Sequence record: NZ_CP037472.2
DNA from: a plasmid
DNA: 64,000 nt
Direction: 5' to 3' (one strand)
Shown: positions 10,895-20,659 of the stretch, one piece after another
Numbering within the stretch: position 1 is the stretch's first letter
How the letters are laid out: each line of letters opens with the position of its first letter
Notes under the pieces: generated by a model
Told to the model about the DNA's origin: nothing
Database searches by the model: none
Seen by the model: the letters and a program-made list of their open reading frames with translations, nothing else
Translations under genes and position numbers: made by a program

Positions 10895-11383
10895 ATGCTA
10901 GTAAAGCAACTATTTTTAAGGATATTATTTATATTTAGTTTATTAACGCTAAATGGTGCTCTCCCCCCTAAAGAATCTGAAAAATTTACCATTCGTTATA
11001 TGAGCAATTACGATAGAGTACCTGAGGTTGAATTGGTTTTAACTAATGGAGGGAATTCATTAGTGATCAGGAATGATAACTATACTGGCTATTTAGACAC
11101 ATATGTTACTCTTAAGGATGGTTTTAAGCCTAATATAAAGACGTTAGCGTTATTTATAGGTAGTGGTGATATTCGTAATAGGGAGCATGTTAGGTGTTGT
11201 GATAATGATTATCTACTTTGTAAAGAGCAATGGGACAAATTGGTTATTAAAGCTAATGGTAGAGACTTGTGTTTTTATGTTGTTTGTCTTGAGGGGGAAA
11301 CTAATATTGAGAGAGAATATTACTTTAAAATTAGTGCAGCAAATTTGCGCAAATTTATTGATAGTTTAGTTGATTTTGTATAG
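10895..11383 (+). CDS. Secreted protein, paralog of 11589
   Basis: N-terminal signal; shared C-terminus ETNIEREYYFKISAANLRKFIDSL. Contains a C7 run at about 10951-10957. Confidence 0.5.
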   Translation: MLVKQLFLRILFIFSLLTLNGALPPKESEKFTIRYMSNYDRVPEVELVLTNGGNSLVIRNDNYTGYLDTYVTLKDGFKPNIKTLALFIGSGDIRNREHVRCCDNDYLLCKEQWDKLVIKANGRDLCFYVVCLEGETNIEREYYFKISAANLRKFIDSLVDFV

Positions 11384-11588
11384 CTAGTTTAGACAATTTT
11401 GATTAATCTAGTAAATCTTTATATATATCTAAAAGATATATTTTCTATGACTTTATTCATGTTTATTTTGTGAAAATTTAAAATCAGTTTGAATTATTCT
11501 CAGAACTATTTTAGGGGTTGATTAATATTTGTTTTAAGAATAGGCTGGATTTGTATGTTAATACTTTTAAAGAGGGGGGGTATTTAAT

Positions 11589-12188
11589 TTGTGGATAGTA
11601 AGGAAATTATTTTTTAAAATATTATTTATACTAAATTTATTAACTCTAAGTGGTGTTATTCCTAAAGAATCTGAGGAAGTTTTCATTCATCACATGAGCA
11701 ATAGATCTATATTTTTTTTAGTTAATTTGGTATTGAAGAATGATAATAATTCTTTTTTTGTAAATTATGGTTATTATGGTGACTCTATAGATATTAGTGT
11801 TTTTCTTCAGAATGATTATAAGCCTGAAATAAAGAATTTAAAGTTAGTCAGAGGCGATACTAAAGAGTCTTTTAATATTATGAGTAACTTGAGTATGTCT
11901 GGAGAAGATGAAAAGTGGAATAATAGGACTTATTATGTTCCTTTTGTTGCGAAATGCAGGCAAGATGCGACAGAATTTCACGAAGGAACTGATAATTATA
12001 GGTACTTACATTTATGTAGGCAAGATTTGACAAAATTTCTCAGAGGAACTGCTAATGATAGCAACTTATATTTTTATGTTACTTGTTTTGAGAAGGAAAC
12101 TAATGTTGAGAGGGAATATTCTTTTAAAGTTAGTGCGGTAAATTTTCTTAAATTTATTGACATTTTAAATGCTGTTGAGCCGAGTTAA
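11589..12188 (+). CDS. Secreted protein, paralog of 10895
   Basis: TTG start 8 nt after AGAGGGGGGG (a G7 run forming the RBS). C-terminus ETNVEREYSFKVSAVNFLKFIDIL. Confidence 0.5.
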   Translation: MWIVRKLFFKILFILNLLTLSGVIPKESEEVFIHHMSNRSIFFLVNLVLKNDNNSFFVNYGYYGDSIDISVFLQNDYKPEIKNLKLVRGDTKESFNIMSNLSMSGEDEKWNNRTYYVPFVAKCRQDATEFHEGTDNYRYLHLCRQDLTKFLRGTANDSNLYFYVTCFEKETNVEREYSFKVSAVNFLKFIDILNAVEPS

Positions 12189-12202
12189 GGGAGGTAGAAT
12201 TT

Positions 12203-12799
12203 ATGTTTATTAAATTTACCATGATTGTTTGTAAGATTACTATATTTTATATGTTGGGTACATTTGTGCTCTCAGCAAGTTTTAATTCATATTGTGATAG
12301 CACTTTTTGTTATAAGGAGTATGATCAAGAATTTGACTCTGGTAGCATAAAAAGTATTTCTTTTAAAAAGCAAGAGATTACAGATAAAGGTATCGAACAG
12401 GCCAAAAGAGAATATTCTGGTAGTTACTTAGACTCAATTTTAGGGGGGTATCCATCTTATGATTTAGATTTTGTAATAGTTGATGAGAATAGGGCAATAG
12501 ATTTTAAGAATGTCATTTTTGATGGTGTTGAAGCAGAAATATCAGTGTTTACTCTGAATGAACGTAGTGCTCAACTTGTAGAGATTAAGGATTTTCAAAT
12601 GGGACCTTTTGGGGGTTTGCCGAAACTTTTAAATTTTATTTTTCCCTTTCCAGTAATTAATACTTTTAGTATTAGTCTTAGGGAAAGATTTATCGATAAA
12701 CTTAAGCAAAAGGATAGACTTAAGATTACTTTAGTATCCTATGATGATAGGAAGTTTGTTCTTGAGATGGATAATTTTATAAAGAAATATGATTTTTAG
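12203..12799 (+). CDS. Secreted protein, recent tandem duplicate of 12911 (8709 family)
   Basis: Near-identical to the 12911 gene except for one ~25 aa divergent block. RBS GGGAGG upstream. Confidence 0.55.
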   Translation: MFIKFTMIVCKITIFYMLGTFVLSASFNSYCDSTFCYKEYDQEFDSGSIKSISFKKQEITDKGIEQAKREYSGSYLDSILGGYPSYDLDFVIVDENRAIDFKNVIFDGVEAEISVFTLNERSAQLVEIKDFQMGPFGGLPKLLNFIFPFPVINTFSISLRERFIDKLKQKDRLKITLVSYDDRKFVLEMDNFIKKYDF

Positions 12800-12910
12800 G
12801 TCTCTTAATCCAGGGAATGTTTAGATAGGTTAATTTTTTATTTTGGTATTTAGCCTGTAAGGATAAGCGGGCATTTTATAAATGTTTTAGGTTTCAAGAT
12901 CGGAGGATTT

Positions 12911-13510
12911 ATGTTTGCTAGATTTACCATGATTGTTTGTAAGATTACTATATTTTGTGTGTTGGGTACATTTGTGCTCTCAGCAAGTTTTAAGTCATAT
13001 TGTGATAGTACTTTTTGTTATAAGAAGTATGATCAAGAATTTGATTCTGGTAGCATAAAGAGTATTTCTTTTGAGGAAAATGAACTAACAAAAGAAATAA
13101 GAGAAAAAGAAAAAAGAGAATATTCTGATGAGAGTTACAGAAGATCAATTTTAGAAGGTTATCCATCTTATGATTTAAATTTTGTGATAATTGATGGGAA
13201 TAGGGCAATAGATTTTAAGAATGTCATTTTTGATGGTGTTGAAGCAGAAATATCAGTGTTTACTCTGTTTGAACCTAGTGCTCAACTTGTAGAGATTAAG
13301 GATTTTCAAATGGGACCTTTTGGGGGTTTGCCGAAACTTTTAAAATTTATCTTTCCAGCACCAGTAACTAATACTTTTAGTATTAGTCTTAGACGAGGAT
13401 TGATTAATAAACTTAAGCAAAAGGATAGACTTAAAATTACTTTAGTATCCTATGATGATAGGAAGTTTGTTCTTGAGATGGATAATTTTATAAAGAAATA
13501 TGATTTTTAG
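12911..13510 (+). CDS. Secreted protein, recent tandem duplicate of 12203
   Basis: N-terminal 50 aa and C-terminal ~120 aa are almost identical to the 12203 gene. The 3' flank is also duplicated. Confidence 0.55.
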   Translation: MFARFTMIVCKITIFCVLGTFVLSASFKSYCDSTFCYKKYDQEFDSGSIKSISFEENELTKEIREKEKREYSDESYRRSILEGYPSYDLNFVIIDGNRAIDFKNVIFDGVEAEISVFTLFEPSAQLVEIKDFQMGPFGGLPKLLKFIFPAPVTNTFSISLRRGLINKLKQKDRLKITLVSYDDRKFVLEMDNFIKKYDF

Positions 13511-13690
13511 GTTTCTTAATCCAAGGGATGTTTGGATGGGTTAAATTTGTTATTTGGATAATGATCCTGTAGGGATAAATCGGAGTTAGCACAGGTTTTA
13601 GATGTGTAATTATTAAGTATAATTAATAAATTATACTTAAATAAGTCATATTTTGTTTACAGAATCAAAATTTTTTGATAACATTAATTT

Positions 13691-14893
13691 ATGTTATTTA
13701 AAAATAGTAGTAATGTTTTTGATAGTATTTTATTTAAAAAGCAATTAATCAATCCTATAGAATTGTACAGATATTCTTTATTTTTTAGAAATTATATAGA
13801 AAATGCCGTAGAGGATGCATTAAGGCCTGGTATTAAATTAGAACTTTTAAATGTTTCAGGATTTGATTTTAGTAATTTGCAATCTTTAAGCTTGGAGTTA
13901 TCAGAAGCACTTCTTGAGGCTATGATAAGTTATCGGTTTAATGGGGTTGGATATATTTTAATTAAGCCTAAAGTTTTAGATGAAGATTTAAGCAAAAGTG
14001 TTAATGATGAATTGCCGGTTGGGTTTCAATATTTGGACTATAAACGACTAAAAAATGATCGTAGTAGTGATTATTTAGAGTATTTGCAAGGAGATGGTAC
14101 ATCCATCATCATACACAAGAGTCGAGTAATAATCCATGAAAATTTTGATTATATACTTGGGGTACATGAGCCAGTTTATACTCAAAGCTTGCTTTTAGAT
14201 ATTTGCCTTTTAGAACAGATATATATAGAGATTGAAAAACGCATTGAACAATATAATTTTTTGTTTTATAAAGATGAACAGCTAGTTGAACTTATGCAGG
14301 CGTTACAAGATGCTAAAAATCAGGTTAGTACTCTTGGCACCAAAAGTAGGGGATTATTTTCTACATTTTTTCAAAATAATGATAATTTAAATACTAGCTT
14401 AGGCTCAATTGGATTTGAGCTTGATCGTTTACTTGAAAAGCTTAAGAGTGGTCTTGGTAATAATGGAATATTTTACAGTGCTGATTCGGATGCAAGTTTG
14501 CAGGTTGTGAAGTATGATCTTGTATTTTTAAGAGATGCATTTGAGCTTGTAAAGGCAAAGATAGGGGCTGATACTAAGGAACCATTGACTCGAAGTTTTA
14601 ATGAGCAGGTAAAGGGCTTAGGAAGTGATGGTAAGGGAGATAGAGCTAATTATATTGATTTCTTGCATACCGTTCAAAAGGCTGCTGCAAATGCAGTTAA
14701 TATTAAACTCAACAAGCACTACAGACTTAACATGTGTTTTAATGATTTAGTTATATTAAGTGATGAACAGAAATTAGATAGGGATATGAAATTACTTGAT
14801 GTGTATTCTAAATATTTAGAAATTATAAAACAAAATTCTTTAAATGGTGATGAGATAGAGATATTAAAGAGTAAATTAAATTTTTCATTTTAA
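13691..14893 (+). CDS. cp32-like late operon protein 1 (possibly portal; hypothetical)
   Basis: 400 aa first gene of a 16-gene co-directional, overlapping operon downstream of the terminase. Identity is inferred only from size and position. Confidence 0.4.
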   Translation: MLFKNSSNVFDSILFKKQLINPIELYRYSLFFRNYIENAVEDALRPGIKLELLNVSGFDFSNLQSLSLELSEALLEAMISYRFNGVGYILIKPKVLDEDLSKSVNDELPVGFQYLDYKRLKNDRSSDYLEYLQGDGTSIIIHKSRVIIHENFDYILGVHEPVYTQSLLLDICLLEQIYIEIEKRIEQYNFLFYKDEQLVELMQALQDAKNQVSTLGTKSRGLFSTFFQNNDNLNTSLGSIGFELDRLLEKLKSGLGNNGIFYSADSDASLQVVKYDLVFLRDAFELVKAKIGADTKEPLTRSFNEQVKGLGSDGKGDRANYIDFLHTVQKAAANAVNIKLNKHYRLNMCFNDLVILSDEQKLDRDMKLLDVYSKYLEIIKQNSLNGDEIEILKSKLNFSF

Positions 14894-14905
14894 GGAGGTT
14901 GTTTA

Positions 14906-15427
14906 GTGGAAAACCAAGCAGAAGCAACTGGTGTTGATGCTACTGAACTTAATAAAGATGACAATCTTAATCAGATTGATAATGGTGATGGGGATAATGA
15001 TAAGTTACTCACTCGAGCTGTTTGGATAACTAGGCTTGCAGATGATAATTTAAATTTAAGTTATAGTACACAAGAACTCTTAAGTGTTGGACATTCATTA
15101 GTTGAAGTTTTAGATATTCAAGCATGTGAGCTTATAAAAAAGTATGTTGATGAGAAGCAAATATTGGCAGTTGCCGGTAATATTGATATTTTGAAATTGA
15201 ATGCTAATATTAAAGATATCTTATTAAGACTTGCAAGTGCAAATATTAATTCATTTAAAAATAGTAATAATTCATATAGCTTAATGGCCCTTAATAAAGG
15301 CAATCTTAAAGAAATGTTAAATTTGCGGAGCAAAAACATTGCAATAAAGGATTATAAAGACTTGAGGCAAGCAATGCTTAATGAGTGGATGCAAATTAAG
15401 CAAGAATTTTATAGTATTAAATCTTAA
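14906..15427 (+). CDS. cp32-like late operon protein 2 (hypothetical)
   Basis: GTG start 7 nt after AAGGAGG; 12-nt gap from the previous gene. Confidence 0.45.
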   Translation: MENQAEATGVDATELNKDDNLNQIDNGDGDNDKLLTRAVWITRLADDNLNLSYSTQELLSVGHSLVEVLDIQACELIKKYVDEKQILAVAGNIDILKLNANIKDILLRLASANINSFKNSNNSYSLMALNKGNLKEMLNLRSKNIAIKDYKDLRQAMLNEWMQIKQEFYSIKS

Positions 15428-15471
15428 GTTATTTTAATATTTATGATTTAAAAAAATTAAGGAGAGTATTT

Positions 15472-16092
15472 ATGCCAAATAAAAGCGTAGAAGAAACAAG
15501 TTTAATTAACTTATCTCAAGAAAAGCGTAGACTTGAGAAAGAGGTGGAATCTATTAAGTCAAGATGTCAAGCATCAGTTTTGGAAAAACTTAAGATAGGA
15601 AGTTATAGCAGATTTCCGTCTGTTTTTGATAAATCTGGTCAGTTTAAATCATCAGACATGTATTTTGCTTATGCAGGAGGAATTAAGCATTCCTTAGATA
15701 AGTTTGAAAACTATCAGTCCATTGATTTTTGCTATAAGCGTGGAGTTAGACTAGTTATTGAGAGTGGCATGTCGTCTCGCATAGCAAGTGGTGGAGGTAG
15801 TGATCTTTATGGAATTTGCATAGATTACGATAATTTTACAAAAACAGCAACAGTTATATCAATTGCAAGTAATTTTGAATGTGTTTTACTCTCAGATTCT
15901 AGTATTAAAGCTGGTGATAATTTGGTTTTTGATAGTTTAGGAGTCCTTAAAAAGGTTCATGATAATGATGAGTCTGATTACATTCAAGCATTAGCTTTAA
16001 GCGATGCTTTAGAATTTAAAGATAAACCAGGACTTTATGGTGCAAAGATTATGCTTATCAGTAGACCGTTGTACAAATCATTGGGAAGTTAA
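15472..16092 (+). CDS. cp32-like late operon protein 3 (hypothetical)
   Basis: RBS AAGGAGAG upstream; operon context. Confidence 0.45.
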   Translation: MPNKSVEETSLINLSQEKRRLEKEVESIKSRCQASVLEKLKIGSYSRFPSVFDKSGQFKSSDMYFAYAGGIKHSLDKFENYQSIDFCYKRGVRLVIESGMSSRIASGGGSDLYGICIDYDNFTKTATVISIASNFECVLLSDSSIKAGDNLVFDSLGVLKKVHDNDESDYIQALALSDALEFKDKPGLYGAKIMLISRPLYKSLGS

Positions 16093-16146
16093 TTTAAATA
16101 TTATATTAGAAAAAAATTAATTTAAAAATTAAGGAGATATTAAACG

Positions 16147-17076
16147 TTGAGTGAAAATTTATTTAATAATGATGAATTTATAAATGTTATTAGGGAGTCT
16201 TTATCCCTTGAGAGTCCAATTCCTGAGTATTATCATTTTTTTGATAATGGGCAAATAGAGAGCAGCGATGCGTCATTTGCAAGTGAGAGAGTTGTAAAGT
16301 GGCATTCAAGTATAGCAGATCTTCCAACGCTTAAGGTTAACGATTTTAGTACAGTTTCTGCCATTAAGTTTAAAAGACAGGTAGTTTTCGTAAATTATTT
16401 GCCGTTTCAGTATGCCTTTACGTATTATGCACCTGATGGTAAATTTGATATTCAGTCAGTGAATAACATTAATATGAAGGAGGGACTTCGGTATTCGTTA
16501 AATGAAATACATAAGTTGCTCAGTGTGCATTACTTAAGAGGTGGTCTTTGCTTTCCTGGAGAAGAGAAAAATAGGCGTACTCTTCTTGTTGATGAATCTA
16601 ATCGGGAGACTATGTATGGTCTGTTGAATATTCCAGGACAAATAGATGCAACTGTCAATATTATTAATAATGCAGATTTGTTGAGGGTTTGCCGTGATAA
16701 AGTGGGTCAAATTAATTTAGAAGATGAGAGAAGAGTTCCTTTTAAAGTATTAACAACTCCTAAAATTAAGGCGTTATTGCTTGAAAGGTTGCTTAATAAT
16801 CATTATTCATACAAGGATATGTTATTTGACATTTTAAGAGCAATAAATAATGATGCTGATATTCAACTTGAGACTACAAATTTATTGTTAGATGAGATGT
16901 TAATTTATCCAAGGAGTTCTAAACTTGTGTTATTAAAAGATGGGCATCCTCCAATTTTAAATGCGTATACACAGATGTCAAGCAGTAATTTTAGAACTAG
17001 TTTTCTAGATTTTTCTATTGGCACTATTCTTGCAAGTGAAAATTCGATACTTAGACTTAAAATAGAGTGGAGTTAA
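16147..17076 (+). CDS. cp32-like late operon protein 4 (hypothetical; major structural candidate)
   Basis: RBS AAGGAGAT upstream; 309 aa; operon context. Confidence 0.45.
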   Translation: MSENLFNNDEFINVIRESLSLESPIPEYYHFFDNGQIESSDASFASERVVKWHSSIADLPTLKVNDFSTVSAIKFKRQVVFVNYLPFQYAFTYYAPDGKFDIQSVNNINMKEGLRYSLNEIHKLLSVHYLRGGLCFPGEEKNRRTLLVDESNRETMYGLLNIPGQIDATVNIINNADLLRVCRDKVGQINLEDERRVPFKVLTTPKIKALLLERLLNNHYSYKDMLFDILRAINNDADIQLETTNLLLDEMLIYPRSSKLVLLKDGHPPILNAYTQMSSSNFRTSFLDFSIGTILASENSILRLKIEWS

Positions 17077-17474
17077 AGGTGGATAATGATTTTAAGGACT
17101 TAAGGAAAATTTATTCTAGAGTATTAGATTTGCTTTTGCTTAAATCTGAAGAGCTTAGTTTCGAGGATTTTAATGTATATTTGGAGTTGCTTGAAGATAT
17201 TTTAGTTAGCAAAGGTTTTGGACTGCAGGATTTAAATGTAAGCAAGGCTTTTTTGCTTATTTATTACTTTTTTGGGTGTGAGCTTAAAAAAAGAGGTAAG
17301 CTTTTGCATTTTGACTTTAACAAAGTAAAGTCAGAGCGATTTAATGAGATATCGATAGAATATTCAGATTGCATGTTAAGAGATGAAGCTTTAAGTAGAG
17401 ATTTTTGTGTTGCTTTTAATAATCTTATAGAAGATGTTATAGGTTATAAAAGATTGGTCATAGGAGCTGTATAG
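17067..17474 (+). CDS. cp32-like late operon protein 5 (hypothetical)
   Basis: GTG start overlapping the previous stop by 10 nt (translational coupling). Confidence 0.4.
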   Translation: MELKVDNDFKDLRKIYSRVLDLLLLKSEELSFEDFNVYLELLEDILVSKGFGLQDLNVSKAFLLIYYFFGCELKKRGKLLHFDFNKVKSERFNEISIEYSDCMLRDEALSRDFCVAFNNLIEDVIGYKRLVIGAV

Positions 17475-17848
17475 TGGTTGTTGCTGGGCTTAAAGGTATT
17501 AATTTGGCTATAATTAAGAGTATTAAAAGATATTCTAGACAAATGTTTTTATTTAGAAAAATGTTGATTAAAAATAGACATATTGCTTCTTATGAAAATA
17601 AAGTTGATAAAACTAATTTTACTGAATTTAAAGGTGTATTTTTGTTTCATGGTGAGGATAAGGTTGAGCTTTTTGGTTCAAATATGTTTGCAAGAGAAAC
17701 TTACGCTAAAATTTATACCTTAGCTATTCTTGATTTTAAACTAGAGGATCAGGTGTTAGTAGATGATAATTTTTTAGAGATTATTAGCGCAAATAAATGT
17801 TTTAAGCAGACAGTTGGATATACCATTTTGATGCTTAGATTACTTTAA
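17474..17848 (+). CDS. cp32-like late operon protein 6 (hypothetical)
   Basis: Start overlaps the previous stop (ATAG/GTG context). Confidence 0.35.
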   Translation: MVVAGLKGINLAIIKSIKRYSRQMFLFRKMLIKNRHIASYENKVDKTNFTEFKGVFLFHGEDKVELFGSNMFARETYAKIYTLAILDFKLEDQVLVDDNFLEIISANKCFKQTVGYTILMLRLL

Positions 17849-17892
17849 TTTGTAATTAATGATCTTTAAAAAATTAGTATTGCTTCAGGAGA

Positions 17893-18441
17893 ATGTTTGT
17901 GTTAGTTAATTTGTATGAATCTCAAACTTTTTTAACAGAAATACTCATTCAGTTTAAAAACTATTTAAGGATTCGGGCTTTAAGGATGGATGTTATAAAT
18001 TCTTATAATGGTTTGTATTTGAGTGATTTAAAAAAAGGTCGTTATTTGGGTCTGATTGTAATGAAACCAGAAGGTTTTGATTGTCTTGAGCCAAGAAGTT
18101 TAAGAAGTGGAAGTTTTTATGAAAATGTTAATGAGTTTTGCTTAAACTTTAAGCTTTATTTGTTGGGATTTGTCAAGGATATTGGAAAACTTAAAATTTA
18201 TAATATTTTGCATAAAGTGTATGAATATTTGCTTGAGTTTTTACATGAAAATTTTTACAAATTTGAATTTAAAAAGCCATTAGGAGACGAATATGAGCTT
18301 GCTTTAAATTATTACATAAAAGCAACAGATAATATGGTGAATGGGGGTTTTGTAAATGTTTCTTGTGTGGGGTTAAGATCAGTTTTGGGATTGATTCAGT
18401 CTTTCAGAGCCAACATACAAGCTATTGAGATTAAAAATTAG
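17893..18441 (+). CDS. cp32-like late operon protein 7 (hypothetical)
   Basis: RBS AGGAGAA upstream. Confidence 0.4.
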   Translation: MFVLVNLYESQTFLTEILIQFKNYLRIRALRMDVINSYNGLYLSDLKKGRYLGLIVMKPEGFDCLEPRSLRSGSFYENVNEFCLNFKLYLLGFVKDIGKLKIYNILHKVYEYLLEFLHENFYKFEFKKPLGDEYELALNYYIKATDNMVNGGFVNVSCVGLRSVLGLIQSFRANIQAIEIKN

Positions 18442-18486
18442 AATAGAATTAGATTTAAAAATTAAATTTAAAAGTAGGGGGATAAT

Positions 18487-19560
18487 ATGCCACAAGATAC
18501 AATTAGCGTTAATTTAATTGAGGATACAATTAGATTGGAGAGGATTGGTTATTACAATCCTTTGCTTATTTATAAGAGTGATATTTTAAGTGAAGGTAAT
18601 TTTGTTTTCAATGTTTCAAATTTTGAAGAGAGTATCGAGTCTCTTGCAATTAGGCAGGATCTTGACTCTGATGTGAAAAATAGTACAGCTATTTCTCAAC
18701 GGGAGTTTTTATTAGCAAGTAGCAATAACTTTTTTGAAGTAGGAGGACTTAGAGCTTTTAATTTATGCATTTACAAAGACATAGGAACGGTAATTGAATT
18801 TTTAAAGAAAAACATATATCCATTTGTTGTTTTTATAGATGATATAAAAGAGGATTTTGCATTGGATTATAATGCAATAAAGAGTTTGACTAAGTTTGTA
18901 GTATTTTCAATAAAAAGCAAGAATCTGCCTAATTTTTTAGAAAGTATGCCTCAAGTACAAAGAGATGGAATAATTATTGCTTATGATAAGCATAATGATA
19001 ATTTGCATCTTAAGTTTACAGCTAAGTATTTGCATGAGGCTAGTATTTTTCATGCTGTTAATCCTTATGGAATGACATTGAAGACAAAACCGATTTATGA
19101 TGCAACTCTCATTAATGAGCTGAGAAAGAGTAATATTAATTTTTATTCTTTGCTAAATGAAACTGGTCGGGATGGGGTGTTGGCTTTCAAAGAGGGGGTA
19201 GACCTTAGTGGTATGCCAATTGATGAGGCTTTCACATATTATCTTTTAAAAAATGAATCAACGCGTGAACTTATTCGTATTTGGAACAGTAATAATAGAC
19301 AAAATAGTAAGCTGAGTCAGTTGAGGTTTAAGGAAGGAAAATTTAATGCATATACAGCGGGGCTTGAATGTTTATTTAAGGAATTTAAAGAGAGGGGATT
19401 GATTATTTCTTTTGGTGATATTCGATTTAAACTTAAGGCAGATGATGTTTTGGGTTTAGATTTATCTATTCGTATTAAATATAATGACAGCTTTAAGAGT
19501 GTGATTTTAAATATAAATAGTGATGATATTAAGGATTATTTAAGAAAGGAGATTGATTAG
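18487..19560 (+). CDS. cp32-like late operon protein 8 (hypothetical; tail/sheath-size)
   Basis: RBS GGGGGATAATATG; 357 aa. Confidence 0.45.
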   Translation: MPQDTISVNLIEDTIRLERIGYYNPLLIYKSDILSEGNFVFNVSNFEESIESLAIRQDLDSDVKNSTAISQREFLLASSNNFFEVGGLRAFNLCIYKDIGTVIEFLKKNIYPFVVFIDDIKEDFALDYNAIKSLTKFVVFSIKSKNLPNFLESMPQVQRDGIIIAYDKHNDNLHLKFTAKYLHEASIFHAVNPYGMTLKTKPIYDATLINELRKSNINFYSLLNETGRDGVLAFKEGVDLSGMPIDEAFTYYLLKNESTRELIRIWNSNNRQNSKLSQLRFKEGKFNAYTAGLECLFKEFKERGLIISFGDIRFKLKADDVLGLDLSIRIKYNDSFKSVILNINSDDIKDYLRKEID

Positions 19561-19979
19561 TGAAAGATTATTATTCATTAGATTTAGTATTTTTTAGTTT
19601 CTCAGGTGTTGTGGTAGATAGGGGCAAATTACAGTATTCAACTTCTCCAAGTGTTATGGCAATTGCCAGCACTGAGGAGAGGAATATTCCAATACCAAGT
19701 TTCAGAGATCCCAGAACTGTTGTTCATATATTTAATTTAGAGATTACTAAGGGTTCATTTGACTATAAGGTCTTAACTAAACTTAGTAATATTCAATTTT
19801 ATAGTCCTACTTCCAAGATAGACAAACTTAAACCATTAGTTTTTAATGACCAAATGGGGCTTAAGATTGTTTCCAATCATGCGTTTTTTTCTGAAATACC
19901 AAATCGAGGTTACACGGGTAATAGTGATACTGTGAATTTTATAATACATGCAATTGATTGTGAAATTGAGAGTAATTAG
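19560..19979 (+). CDS. cp32-like late operon protein 9 (hypothetical)
   Basis: Start overlaps the previous stop (ATTAGTG). Confidence 0.4.
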   Translation: MKDYYSLDLVFFSFSGVVVDRGKLQYSTSPSVMAIASTEERNIPIPSFRDPRTVVHIFNLEITKGSFDYKVLTKLSNIQFYSPTSKIDKLKPLVFNDQMGLKIVSNHAFFSEIPNRGYTGNSDTVNFIIHAIDCEIESN

Positions 19980-19982
19980 GCT

Positions 19983-20393
19983 ATGAGATATAAGTTAAAA
20001 ATTTTGACTAAGAGTAAGACTTATGAATATGTTTTAAGAGATATTCCTATGTATGATTGGGATTCTATTTTAGGATTTGATGCAAGTCAAGAAACCTTAA
20101 GACAGCAGCTTAACAGCATATTGATTCTTAAGAAGATAAGTTCTTTGATGATATCATCAACTTTTTTTGATGAGTTTTATGACATTATTAATATGCATAG
20201 GGAAAATTCATTTTTATACAAATATTCACTTCCAACAATTCTTTTTGCTGTTCAATATTCTTTGGTAGAAAAAGTTTCAGGACTCAAAGAGCCCGGTTTA
20301 GTTTATATTGAAAGTTTTCAAGATGATAGTGGAACTTTTGTAAAATATCTACATATTGATGATAGGTGGAATTATGAAGCCTTAGTATCTTAA
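19983..20393 (+). CDS. cp32-like late operon protein 10 (hypothetical)
   Basis: 3-nt gap from the previous gene. Confidence 0.4.
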   Translation: MRYKLKILTKSKTYEYVLRDIPMYDWDSILGFDASQETLRQQLNSILILKKISSLMISSTFFDEFYDIINMHRENSFLYKYSLPTILFAVQYSLVEKVSGLKEPGLVYIESFQDDSGTFVKYLHIDDRWNYEALVS

Positions 20394-20443
20394 GTGAGTG
20401 ATAGTGGTCTTTGAGAAAATTAATTTAAAATTAAGGAAAGTTA

Positions 20444-20659
20444 ATGAATCATGATGCAGTTTTGGATGAGTATTTTGCTTATTTGAAATATTTAAGAAGT
20501 GAAGCTTGTAAATATTATTTTCCTGTTTTAATGGGAATTTGTACCTTTGATGAGATTAAACGCTTGAAATACAAAGAGCTTTTAGAAATTAATAAGATTG
20601 CTAATATTAAACTTAAAAAAGAAATATATGAAAATTTTTTGATTTCTAGGAGATTTTGA
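20444..20659 (+). CDS. cp32-like late operon small protein 11 (hypothetical)
   Basis: RBS AAGGAAAG upstream; 71 aa; overlaps the next gene by 4 nt. Confidence 0.35.
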   Translation: MNHDAVLDEYFAYLKYLRSEACKYYFPVLMGICTFDEIKRLKYKELLEINKIANIKLKKEIYENFLISRRF

